Of a DNA stretch of 31,669 nt, positions 23,953 to 31,669 are shown one piece after another. The position numbers and the translations under genes are program-made. The stretch comes from Deferrisomatales bacterium (GTDB lineage: Bacteria; Desulfobacterota; Deferrisomatia; Deferrisomatales; JACRMM01): NCBI GenBank assembly GCA_033551855.1, contig JAWSUI010000022.1:1-31669 (forward strand). Direction: 5' to 3'. Below the pieces are notes generated by a model, which was not told where the DNA came from, made no database searches, and saw only the letters and a program-made list of their open reading frames with translations. The number at the start of each line of letters is the position of its first letter. Position 1 is the first letter of the stretch.

Positions 23953-25125
23953 ATGGCCGACATGCCCGAGGAACGAAGGAGTCTTCACCACTGCAAGTTC
24001 GAAGTGCCGGAGATCGTCTTCGGCGAGGGGCTGCTGGCCCGGGTGGGCGCATGTGCCCGGCGACTGGGGGGACGCAGGGTCCTGCTCGTGAGCGACCCGG
24101 GGGTCTTCCGGGCGGGGTGGGTGGACGTGGCCATGGGAAGCCTCGGGGACGCCGGCCTCGCCTTCGCGTACTACGACCAGATCACCTCCAACCCCAAGGA
24201 CGCCGAGATCGAGGCGGGCGCTCAGGAGTACGAGGCCTCCGGGGCGGACGTGATCCTGGGTCTGGGGGGCGGCAGCGCCATGGACGCCGCCAAGGGCATC
24301 GCGATCCTGGTCTCCAACGGGGGCCGCATCCAGGACTACGAGGGCTCCGACCGGATCCACCGGCCCCTGCCGCCCATGGTCCTGTGCCCGACCACCTGCG
24401 GCACCGGCTCCGACGTCTCCCAGTTCGCGATCGTCACCGACACCGAGCGCCGCTACAAGATGACGATCATGAGCCGTACGGTGGCTCCGGACATCAGCCT
24501 CACGGACCCGGACACCCTCTCCACCCTGCCCGAGGAGTACATCTGCACCACGGCCTTCGACGCCCTGAGCCACGCGGTGGAGGCGTTCTTCTCCATCGCG
24601 TCCACCTCGCTCACCGACGTCCACGCGGTCAAGGCGATCCGGCTCCTCTCCGGGAGCCTGGTCCGGGCCGTGCGCGAGCGAAGCCCGGCGGACCTGGAGA
24701 ACCTCGCCCGGGCGAGCCTCCATGCCGGGATGGCGTTCTCGAACTCGCTCCTGGGCATCGTCCATGCGCTGGCGCACCCCATCGGCGGCTTCTACGACGC
24801 GAGCCACGGGAGCGTGAACGCCGTGCTGCTGCCCGAGGTGATCCGCTACGATCTGCCAGTGGTGGAGGACCGGCTCCCGGAGCTCGCCTGGGGGCTCGGC
24901 CACCGGACCGGGGGCGATACCGCGCTGGCCGGGCGGATCGTCCTGGACGCCGTGGAGGAGCTCCTGCACCACACCGGTGCCCCCCGGAGCCTTCGCGCGC
25001 TGGGCGTGGAACGAAAGGACCTGCCCGAGATCGCGGATCGGGCGCTGCGGGACGCCTGCATCCTGACCTCCCCGCGGGGGGCGGACGCCCAGGACCTGCA
25101 GGGGATCCTGGAGAGGGCGCTGTGA
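23953..25125 (+). CDS. ercA: Iron-containing alcohol dehydrogenase-like protein, ErcA-type regulator
   Basis: KFEVPEIVFGEG, GGGSAMDAAK, PTTCGTGSDVSQF, DALSHAVE, VHALAH and SHGSVN. Stop overlaps the kinase start. Start codon is 23953 or 23962. Confidence 0.8.
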   Translation: MADMPEERRSLHHCKFEVPEIVFGEGLLARVGACARRLGGRRVLLVSDPGVFRAGWVDVAMGSLGDAGLAFAYYDQITSNPKDAEIEAGAQEYEASGADVILGLGGGSAMDAAKGIAILVSNGGRIQDYEGSDRIHRPLPPMVLCPTTCGTGSDVSQFAIVTDTERRYKMTIMSRTVAPDISLTDPDTLSTLPEEYICTTAFDALSHAVEAFFSIASTSLTDVHAVKAIRLLSGSLVRAVRERSPADLENLARASLHAGMAFSNSLLGIVHALAHPIGGFYDASHGSVNAVLLPEVIRYDLPVVEDRLPELAWGLGHRTGGDTALAGRIVLDAVEELLHHTGAPRSLRALGVERKDLPEIADRALRDACILTSPRGADAQDLQGILERAL

Positions 25126-26336
25126 CGCCGGCCGTGAAGCGGGTCCGCGTCGACGAGCCGAGCATCGAGCACCTGCTCGGGCTCGAGAGCTCCAAGATCG
25201 GGTTCTACGCCGAGGTGAAGCAGAAGATCCGCGAGCTCGAGTCCACCAACCTGGATCTGCGCACGAAGAAGAGCGAGCTCCAGGCCGTGTTCGACTCGAT
25301 CCGGGACGGCCTGGCCATCTTCGGCGAAGACCGCCGCGTGCAGTCCCGAAACCACGTGTGCCCGCGGCTGCTTCCCCGGGAGACGGCCATGGGGACTCCC
25401 TGCAGAGAGCTGTTCCACGCCGACCGGGAGGAGAGCCCGGAGGGCTGTCCGGTGGAGCTCGCCCTGCGCGGCGAGAACCGGGAGTCTTCCTTCGCCACGG
25501 CCCACGGCGGGCGCATCCGGTACTTCGAGGCCTCCGCCACACCCATCCGCGACCCCTTCGGGCGGCCGAGCCGCGCCCTGGTCTTCCTGCGCGAGGTCAC
25601 GGAGCGCCGCCTCCAGGAGCTCCAGCTCCTCCAGGCGGAGAAGATGTCCAGCGTGGGGGTCCTCGCCGCCGGCGTGGCCCACGAGATCAACAACCCCCTG
25701 ACCTCGGTGGCCGGGTACGCGGAGGCCCTCGTGCGGCGCCTGCGGGAGCACCCGGAGCTGTCGGCGGACCCGCGCCTGGAGGCCTTCCCGACGTACCTGG
25801 AGGTGGTCGTCCGCGAAACCTACCGCTGCAAGGCCATCATCGAGAGCCTGCTCAGCTTCAGCCGCCGTTCCGACGGCTCCATGGGGCCCGTGGACCTGGG
25901 AAGCCTGACCCTGGAGGTGACCGAGCTCGTGTGCCACCAGGCGCGCTACGACGCGGTGGAGATCCTCACCGACCTGGAGCGGAGCGCCCCCCCGATCCGG
26001 GGCGACGCGGCCAGCCTTCGGCAGGTGTTCCTGAACCTGACCATCAACGCGGTCCAGGCCGTGGGGAGCGCCGGCACCGTGGAGCTCTCGGTGCGGCCCG
26101 ACGGCGACCAGGTGGTCTTTCGCTGCCGAGACACGGGTCCGGGGATCTCGCCGGAGGTTCTGGACAAGATCTGGCAGCCCTTCTTCACCACCAAGGCCGT
26201 CGGCCAGGGCCTGGGCCTGGGCCTGGCGGTCACCTACAACATCGTGGAGCGGCACGGGGGGCATATCGGGGTGGAGAGCCGGCCGGGCCAGGGGGCGGAC
26301 TTCACGGTGCGCTTGCCCGTGTGGCGGGAATCCTGA
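25122..26336 (+). CDS. Cytoplasmic PAS-domain sensor histidine kinase
   Basis: GTG 25122. PAS-like region, H-box AGVAHEINNPL, N-box QVFLNLTINA, G1 DTGPGI, PFFTTK and GLGLGL. No transmembrane segment seen. Confidence 0.92.
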   Translation: MTPAVKRVRVDEPSIEHLLGLESSKIGFYAEVKQKIRELESTNLDLRTKKSELQAVFDSIRDGLAIFGEDRRVQSRNHVCPRLLPRETAMGTPCRELFHADREESPEGCPVELALRGENRESSFATAHGGRIRYFEASATPIRDPFGRPSRALVFLREVTERRLQELQLLQAEKMSSVGVLAAGVAHEINNPLTSVAGYAEALVRRLREHPELSADPRLEAFPTYLEVVVRETYRCKAIIESLLSFSRRSDGSMGPVDLGSLTLEVTELVCHQARYDAVEILTDLERSAPPIRGDAASLRQVFLNLTINAVQAVGSAGTVELSVRPDGDQVVFRCRDTGPGISPEVLDKIWQPFFTTKAVGQGLGLGLAVTYNIVERHGGHIGVESRPGQGADFTVRLPVWRES

Positions 26337-27691
26337 TGGCCGAAGGCGCCAAGATCCTCGTCGTGGACGACGAGGAGCCCCTGCGCGAGCTCCTCCGCAT
26401 GGAGCTCACGCGCGCCGGCAACGCGGTGGAGACCGCCGCCCGGGGCGAGGAAGGGCTGGCGTACTATCGGGAGCAGATCTTCAACGTGGTGCTCCTGGAC
26501 ATCCGGATGCCCGGGATGAACGGGGTGGAGACCCTGCGGCAGATGCGCCGGGAGTCGACGATCCCCGAGATCGTCATCCTCACAGGACACGGCACCATCG
26601 AGTCCGCGGTGGAGTGCATCAAGGAGGGCGCCTACGACTATCTGACGAAACCCGTCAAGCTCGACGAGCTCGACCTGGTCATCCGCAAGGCCCACGAGAA
26701 GAACCGCCTACGCATAGAGAACATCAGCTTGAAGCTCGAGGTCGGCAAGCTCGAACCCCACCGGATCGTGGGCCGCAGCGCCGCCATTCGCAAGGTCCTG
26801 GCGCTGGTGGCGCGCCTGGGCCCCACGGAGGAAGCCGTGCTCGTCGTGGGGGAGAGCGGCACAGGCAAGGAGTTGGTGGCCCATGCCCTCCACCAGGCGA
26901 GCCGCCGCCGCGACCGGCCCTTCGTGGCCGTCAACTGCGGCCGCCTCGACGCCCACACCGCCGAGAGCGAGCTCTTCGGCCATCAGCAAGGGGCATTTAC
27001 CGGCGCCGTCAAGGCCCGGGCGGGGCTCTTCGAGTTGGCCCACACCGGCACGCTCTTCCTGGACGAGGTCTCGGAGATGCCCCTGGACGTGCAGGTCAAG
27101 CTGCTGCGCATCCTGGAAACCGGGACCTTTCGGCGCCTCGGGGGCAACCGGGACATCCAGGTCGACGTGCGCCTGGTCTTCGCCTCCAACCGCGACCTGC
27201 CCCGCTGCGTGGAGCGTGGGACCTTCCGGGAGGACCTCTTCCACCGCATCAACCTCCTCCCCCTGGCCCTCCCGCCGCTGCGAGACCACGCCGAGGACAT
27301 CGCCCTGCTGGTGCGGCACTTCATCCAGTCCGGGCCGATTCGGGGGAGCGAGGACTGGGAGGTGGAACCCGCGGCCATGCGCGCGCTCATCAACCACCCG
27401 TGGCCCGGCAACGTCCGGGAGCTCAAGAACGTGGTCCGCCGGGCTTGCATCCTGGCGGACCAGCCGCGAATCACCCTGGATCTGCTGCCCTTCGCCCCCC
27501 CCGCGAGGGAGCGGGACGGGCCGGGTGGCAACGGGGAGGCCCGGGCTGCGCCCCTGTGGGAGGTGGAGCGGGACCACATTCGAAGGGTCCTCGACCAGAC
27601 GGAGGGAAACAAGAGCGAGGCGTCACGGGTGCTCGAGATCGACCGGAAGACCCTGTACGCCAAGATCGGGCGCTACGGCCTGGGCGGCTGA
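26336..27691 (+). CDS. Sigma-54-dependent response regulator (NtrC family)
   Basis: Receiver (ILVVDDE, LLDIRMP), Walker A GESGTGKE, GAFTGA, LFLDE, WPGNVREL and a C-terminal Fis-type HTH. Confidence 0.96.
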   Translation: MAEGAKILVVDDEEPLRELLRMELTRAGNAVETAARGEEGLAYYREQIFNVVLLDIRMPGMNGVETLRQMRRESTIPEIVILTGHGTIESAVECIKEGAYDYLTKPVKLDELDLVIRKAHEKNRLRIENISLKLEVGKLEPHRIVGRSAAIRKVLALVARLGPTEEAVLVVGESGTGKELVAHALHQASRRRDRPFVAVNCGRLDAHTAESELFGHQQGAFTGAVKARAGLFELAHTGTLFLDEVSEMPLDVQVKLLRILETGTFRRLGGNRDIQVDVRLVFASNRDLPRCVERGTFREDLFHRINLLPLALPPLRDHAEDIALLVRHFIQSGPIRGSEDWEVEPAAMRALINHPWPGNVRELKNVVRRACILADQPRITLDLLPFAPPARERDGPGGNGEARAAPLWEVERDHIRRVLDQTEGNKSEASRVLEIDRKTLYAKIGRYGLGG

Positions 27692-27740
27692 CCGAGCGCG
27701 GACGCCGCATCGGCCCGAGGTTCCCGGAAAGGAGGATCCC

Positions 27741-28052
27741 ATGGAAGCGAAGCAGGTCACCGTGATCGCGCGCTGCAAGGCCAAGCCGGGCAGGGAGGAG
27801 GAAACGCGGCAGGAGATCCTGGCCCTCGTGGGGCCCACCCGGTCGGAGGCCGGGTGTCTCAACTACGACCTCCACGTCTCGACCGGGGACCCAGGGCTCT
27901 TCCTGCTCTACGAGAACTGGAGGAGCATGGCCGACCTGGACCGGCACCTGGCGACCCCGTATCTCGAGCGGTTCAAGGTTCTGGCGCCCGACCTCCTCGC
28001 CGAGCCCATCGACATCGCCTTGTACGAAATGATCACCGCCCCTGGCAAATAG
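27741..28052 (+). CDS. ABM-domain protein (putative quinol monooxygenase, YgiN-like)
   Basis: AGGAGG RBS. Motifs AKPG.E, TRSEAGCLNYDLH and F.LYENW.S...LD.HL.TPY. Confidence 0.88.
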   Translation: MEAKQVTVIARCKAKPGREEETRQEILALVGPTRSEAGCLNYDLHVSTGDPGLFLLYENWRSMADLDRHLATPYLERFKVLAPDLLAEPIDIALYEMITAPGK

Positions 28053-28070
28053 GTAGTTGCGGAGGCCGCC

Positions 28071-28343
28071 ATGCCCAAGTACATGATCGAGAGAGAGATC
28101 CCGGGAGCCGGGGACCTGAAGCCGGAGGAGCTCCGGTCGATCTCCCAAAAGTCCTGCGGGGTCCTGCAGGAGATGGGTCCCGGGATTCAGTGGGTGCAGA
28201 GCTTCGTCACCGACGACAAGGTCTACTGCGTGTACATCGCCCCCAGCGAGGAGATGGTTCGCGAGCACGCGCGGCAGGGCGGGTTTCCAGCCGACGCCGT
28301 CCACCGGGTCCGGGGGGTCATCGACCCCACCACCGCCGAGTAG
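28071..28343 (+). CDS. DUF4242 family small protein
   Basis: MPKYMIEREIPGAG, IQWVQSFVTDDKVYCVYIAP, REHA..GGFPAD and IDPTTAE. GGAGG RBS. Confidence 0.85.
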   Translation: MPKYMIEREIPGAGDLKPEELRSISQKSCGVLQEMGPGIQWVQSFVTDDKVYCVYIAPSEEMVREHARQGGFPADAVHRVRGVIDPTTAE

Positions 28344-28361
28344 GCTCGGCTCACCCCGTAA

Positions 28362-28519
28362 GGGTCTGACACGGAATACCCGTCTCGGAGATGGGCGTCG
28401 AGGCGCCTGACCGGCAAGGCGCGACGACGCGGAATCGCCCAGCTATTTCAAGGAGGAGCAACGCCGCCCGTCGGGATGCATCGGCGCTCAGAATGACACT
28501 GTCATTCCGTCTCAGGCCC
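28362..28519. mobile_element. 158-bp MITE-like element with 16-bp terminal inverted repeats and a TAA target duplication
   Basis: GGGTCTGACACGGAAT (28362-28377) versus the reverse complement of 28504-28519, GGGCCTGAGACGGAAT (14/16 match). TAA at 28359-28361 and 28520-28522. No coding capacity. Confidence 0.7.
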
Positions 28520-28748
28520 TAAGGCGTTCTTCGCGGAGCGGGTCGCCGTGGCCTCCCGGACCCGCACCCTGTGACCGAGGGCCCGCCGGGGGCATCTACG
28601 AGCTGATCGGGATGCCTGCCCGCGGATTTCCCGGCTAGGGGCCGACAGGCCCCCTCGCGGTGGCTCGCCCTTCGGGCGTGCCTGCGGCGTGTCCGATCCC
28701 CTTTCTCGGGAAATCGTCTCGAGTGCGGCCCCGCGCCGAGGAGAGAGC

Positions 28749-29327
28749 ATGACCGCCGTACCTGCCGAGGCAGGAAAATCCAGCTTCGACCTGATCGACC
28801 GCGAGGCCTTCTTCGCCGCCCTGCCCCTGGGCTCGGTCCGCCGCGCGCTGGATCTCGGGTGCGGGGTGGGCAATTACACCCTCCCCCTCGCCGCCCACCT
28901 GCCCCCCGGCGCGACGGTGCACGGCGTCGACCTCTGGGAGGAAGGCGTCGGCCGGCTCCTCCGGGCGGCCGGGGAGCGTGGGCTGGGCAACGTCACCGCC
29001 CACGCCGGTGATCTGGCACGGCTGGAGGCGGTCCCGGACGCCGCCGTGGACCTGGCTCTCATGGCCACGATACTCCACGACCTGGCAGAGCGCGGCGAGG
29101 CGCCGGGGGCCCTGGCGGAGGCCGCCCGGGTCCTCCGCCCGGGGGGGTGGCTCGCGGTGGTGGAATTCAAGAAGATCCCCACCGAGCGCGGCCCGCCGGT
29201 GGCGATCCGCCTTTCCCCCCTTGACCTCGCCGCCCTCGCGGCGCCCGCCGGCTTCGCGGAGCGGGGGGTGGTGGACCTGGGTCCGAGCGTGTACCTGGCG
29301 CTCTTCGAGCGCGAGCCGGGCGGGTGA
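28749..29327 (+). CDS. Class I SAM-dependent methyltransferase
   Basis: ALDLGCGVGNY, GVD, ILHDL, EAARVLRPGG.LAVVEFKK and GPP...R. GGAG RBS before ATG 28749. Confidence 0.9.
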   Translation: MTAVPAEAGKSSFDLIDREAFFAALPLGSVRRALDLGCGVGNYTLPLAAHLPPGATVHGVDLWEEGVGRLLRAAGERGLGNVTAHAGDLARLEAVPDAAVDLALMATILHDLAERGEAPGALAEAARVLRPGGWLAVVEFKKIPTERGPPVAIRLSPLDLAALAAPAGFAERGVVDLGPSVYLALFEREPGG

Positions 29328-29486
29328 CGTCTCCGCCCCGGCCGTCCTTCCGAAGTCGAGATCGGCACCAGAGCCGGGGTCGGGGTCGATGATCGATCCG
29401 TCGGCGGGGCTCGACGCCCCTACCAATCCCAATGGCGGTGGCGCTGGACGGGTCTCCGCCCATCCCCTGCTCGTCGCTTCACACCC

Positions 29487-29810
29487 CTACCCCGTGGGTT
29501 TGCCCTCGGGCATCTCCCCCCGGCCCGCCGAGTAGATCCCCAAGGTGAAGCGGTGGGGCCCCGGGGTCCCCCGGGGCACGAAGGCCACACGGTCCCCCGG
29601 CCGCAGCACGTGGTCGAGATCCCACACCACCCGGTTGCAGAAGACCGCCTCCACCTTGTCCAGGGGAAGGCGAAGCCCCTCCGCCACCTCCCAGGCCGGC
29701 TTTCCCTCGGGCGGCAGGGGGACCTCCACCTCCACCGGATCCCCCCGCTCCTTGGACAGAGTGTCGAGACAACCGAGCAACCGCACCGAGATGGTCCCTT
29801 CTGTGGGCAT
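29487..29810 (-). CDS. MoaD/ThiS-like ubiquitin-fold protein with C-terminal extension (no terminal GG)
   Basis: AAGGAGG RBS before ATG 29810. L.LP.DKVEAVFCN....LDHVLRPGDRVAFVP.GTPGPHR..LG. Confidence 0.75.
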   Translation of the reverse strand: MPTEGTISVRLLGCLDTLSKERGDPVEVEVPLPPEGKPAWEVAEGLRLPLDKVEAVFCNRVVWDLDHVLRPGDRVAFVPRGTPGPHRFTLGIYSAGRGEMPEGKPTG

Positions 29811-30111
29811 GGTTCGTCCTCCTTCGCCGGAGTCGGTGGGGAAGCGTGCCGGCCCCCGGGGCCCCCCGCGCCCCCGCACGCTTCGAGCCCTTCCGGAAAC
29901 TCAGTGGGTCAATCCAGGGCAAGAACGATCTCGCACAGAGACGCTGAGACGCGGAGGAGCTCTTGGTTGGTTCCCGGCGCCTCCGCGCCGCGCGAGAACA
30001 CGATGGTCCCTCGCACCCACAGAAGACCCGGAAGCTCCACGCTTCGGGCCGCGTAACGGATGACATTCACGGCGCAAGACTGGCACATTTCGGCCCGGGC
30101 CCGGTCGGGTC

Positions 30112-31305
30112 TCACCCCTTCGCCGGCCGGTCCCCCACGAGCGCCGCCCGCGTCACGGTTCCTGCCCCGAAGCGCTCCCCCAGGGCGTCCAGGGCCCGGG
30201 CGAGCTCGCGCTGCCGACCGCCGCCGGGCGCCGCGAAGAGGTCGAGCTGGCCGGCCCCGGCCCCCTCCGCGGTGAGGCGCGTCGCGGTCACCCCCACGAG
30301 CCGCACCGGCTTGCTGCGCCAGGGAACCCGGTCCAGCAGGGCCACGGCTCCCCGGAAGAGCTCCTCCCCCAGGTCCGTGGGCAGCGGCAGGACGGCGGCC
30401 CGGGTGTGGGTGACGAAGTCCGCCCCCCGCAGCTTCAGGGTCAGGCCCCCGGCACGCAACCCTCTCCGGCGCAGGCGCCAGGCCACGCGGTCGGCCAGCT
30501 CCAACAGCGTCCGGCGCACCTCTTCGGGGTCGAACACGTCCTCCTCGAAGGTGGTCTCGGCCCCCAGGGACTTCGCCTCGGCCCCGCCCTCAACCGGCCG
30601 ATCATCCTCTCCCCGGGCCAAGCGCCAGAGATGCTCCCCCGCCTCTCCCAGGAGCCCCTCCAAGTCCCCGGGCCGCAGCGCCGCCACTTCCCCGATGGTG
30701 CGGAGCCCGACCCGGCTCAGACGCTCCGCGGTCCGGGGCCCCACCCCCCAGAGCCGGCGGATGGGCAGCGGGGCGAGGAAGGCTGCAGCACGCCCCGGGG
30801 GCACGACCACGAAGCCGTCGGGCTTTTCCAGGTCCGACGCGACCTTGGCCACGAACTTGCTGTCGGCCGCCCCCACCGAGGCAACCAGCCCCAACTCTCT
30901 TCGGACCGCCTCCTTGATCGCCTGCCCGATGGCCGCCGGCCCCCCGAACAGCCGGTCGGAGCCGGTCACGTCCAGGAAGGCCTCGTCGATGCTCAGGGGC
31001 TCCAACCGGTCGGTGTAACGGCCCAGGATCCTGAAGACGGCCTCCGACACCTCGGCGTAGCGTCGGGGCCGCGGCCGGAGGTACACGGCCCCGGGGCACA
31101 GGCGCCAAGCCTGGGAGATCGGAAGTGCCGAACGGATCCCGAAGGTCCGGGCTTCGTAGGAGCAAGCGGCGACGACCCCCCTCCCCCTCCCCTCCTTGGG
31201 GTCCGCCCCCACCACCACGGGCCGGCCCCGGTGCTCGGGTCGGTCGAGCTGCTCCACGGACGCGTAGAAGGCGTCCATGTCCACGTGGAGTATGGTGCGG
31301 GACAT
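30112..31305 (-). CDS. dinB: DNA polymerase IV
   Basis: ILHVDMDAFYASVEQ, VVAACSYEAR.FGIRSA, EPLSIDEAFLD, AKVASDLEKPDG and LWGVG. Confidence 0.96.
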   Translation of the reverse strand: MSRTILHVDMDAFYASVEQLDRPEHRGRPVVVGADPKEGRGRGVVAACSYEARTFGIRSALPISQAWRLCPGAVYLRPRPRRYAEVSEAVFRILGRYTDRLEPLSIDEAFLDVTGSDRLFGGPAAIGQAIKEAVRRELGLVASVGAADSKFVAKVASDLEKPDGFVVVPPGRAAAFLAPLPIRRLWGVGPRTAERLSRVGLRTIGEVAALRPGDLEGLLGEAGEHLWRLARGEDDRPVEGGAEAKSLGAETTFEEDVFDPEEVRRTLLELADRVAWRLRRRGLRAGGLTLKLRGADFVTHTRAAVLPLPTDLGEELFRGAVALLDRVPWRSKPVRLVGVTATRLTAEGAGAGQLDLFAAPGGGRQRELARALDALGERFGAGTVTRAALVGDRPAKG

Positions 31306-31369
31306 GAGCTGACGATATCGCGAAGGGAAGGGGCGGTCGAGGGGAAAGGGTTCATGGGGGTGACGGGCG

Positions 31370-31669
31370 GGGTCGGGCAGCCCCGGGGCTTGCCGCGCCG
31401 TCCGCGACGATTCCCGAAGGCGTGCCCCCCACGCAGCGCGCGTGCGACGGGCGGTGGTGGTCTGCCCCCGGGTCCGACGCTTCGGTCGGGGCGGTGCGCG
31501 GCGGCGCCTCGGGGCAGCCCGACCCTGCCGACGGAGGGTGGTGGGTCGGGCAGCCCCGGGGCTTGCCGCGCCGTCCGCGACGTTTCCGAAGCGTGCCCCC
31601 ACGCAGCGCGCGTACGACGGGCGGTGGTGGTCTGCCCCCGGGTCCGACGCTTCGGTCGGGGCGGTGCGC
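31370..31669. repeat. Tandem 173-bp repeat of a palindromic unit (second copy cut by the window end)
   Basis: Copies start at 31370 and 31543 and are nearly identical over about 127 bp. The unit is bounded by inverted repeats 31370-31385 / 31510-31525 (15/16 match). Confidence 0.8.

Noticed and set aside
23953..25125. Fe-ADH as the mycofactocin-dependent catabolic alcohol dehydrogenase (Mdo-like)
   Set aside because: It is transcribed divergently and coupled to the kinase and regulator, which fits an ErcA-type regulatory role better. A catalytic role is not strictly excluded.
30081..30096. TGGCAC as a sigma-54 -24 element
   Set aside because: No GC at the -12 position (reads TGGCACATTTCGGCCC) and no plus-strand gene downstream.
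31370..31669. Possible CRISPR array
   Set aside because: The repeat unit is far longer than CRISPR repeats, there are no unique spacers of typical size and no cas genes are present.

Overview
High-GC bacterial window; gene content (BamD, sigma-54 regulation, AOR, HD-GYP) suggests an anaerobic deltaproteobacterium/Desulfobacterota-type organism (inference). The core is a co-oriented minus-strand cluster of about 18.4 kb (23388 to 4994) behind a sigma-54 promoter. In transcription order it encodes: a DUF362/ferredoxin Fe-S protein, a degenerate DUF362 paralogue, a His-tailed Mrp/ApbC, two small unknown proteins, a mycofactocin-type SDR, mftA-mftB-mftC, an OYE/FadH-family flavoprotein, ETF-alpha/FixC/FixX/ETF-beta, mftF, the nickel-pincer (NPN) cofactor genes larE-larB-larC (larC lacks its C-terminal domain), aldehyde:ferredoxin oxidoreductase and a MoaD-like carrier. 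No larA, mftD or mftE is present in the window. The lead DUF362 protein carries H-x9-K-x15-H, the spacing of the LarA pincer-binding residues. It is therefore a candidate new NPN-dependent Fe-S oxidoreductase wired to mycofactocin, ETF and AOR, probably for anaerobic alcohol/aldehyde oxidation (hypothesis). A divergent sigma-54 operon encodes an ErcA-like Fe-ADH, a soluble PAS histidine kinase and an NtrC-type activator. The flanks hold bamD, TPR, HD-GYP, HEAT, ABM, DUF4242, methyltransferase, a ThiS-like gene and dinB. Non-coding elements include a 158-bp MITE, a REP doublet, heptamer repeat tracts and a 173-bp tandem repeat.
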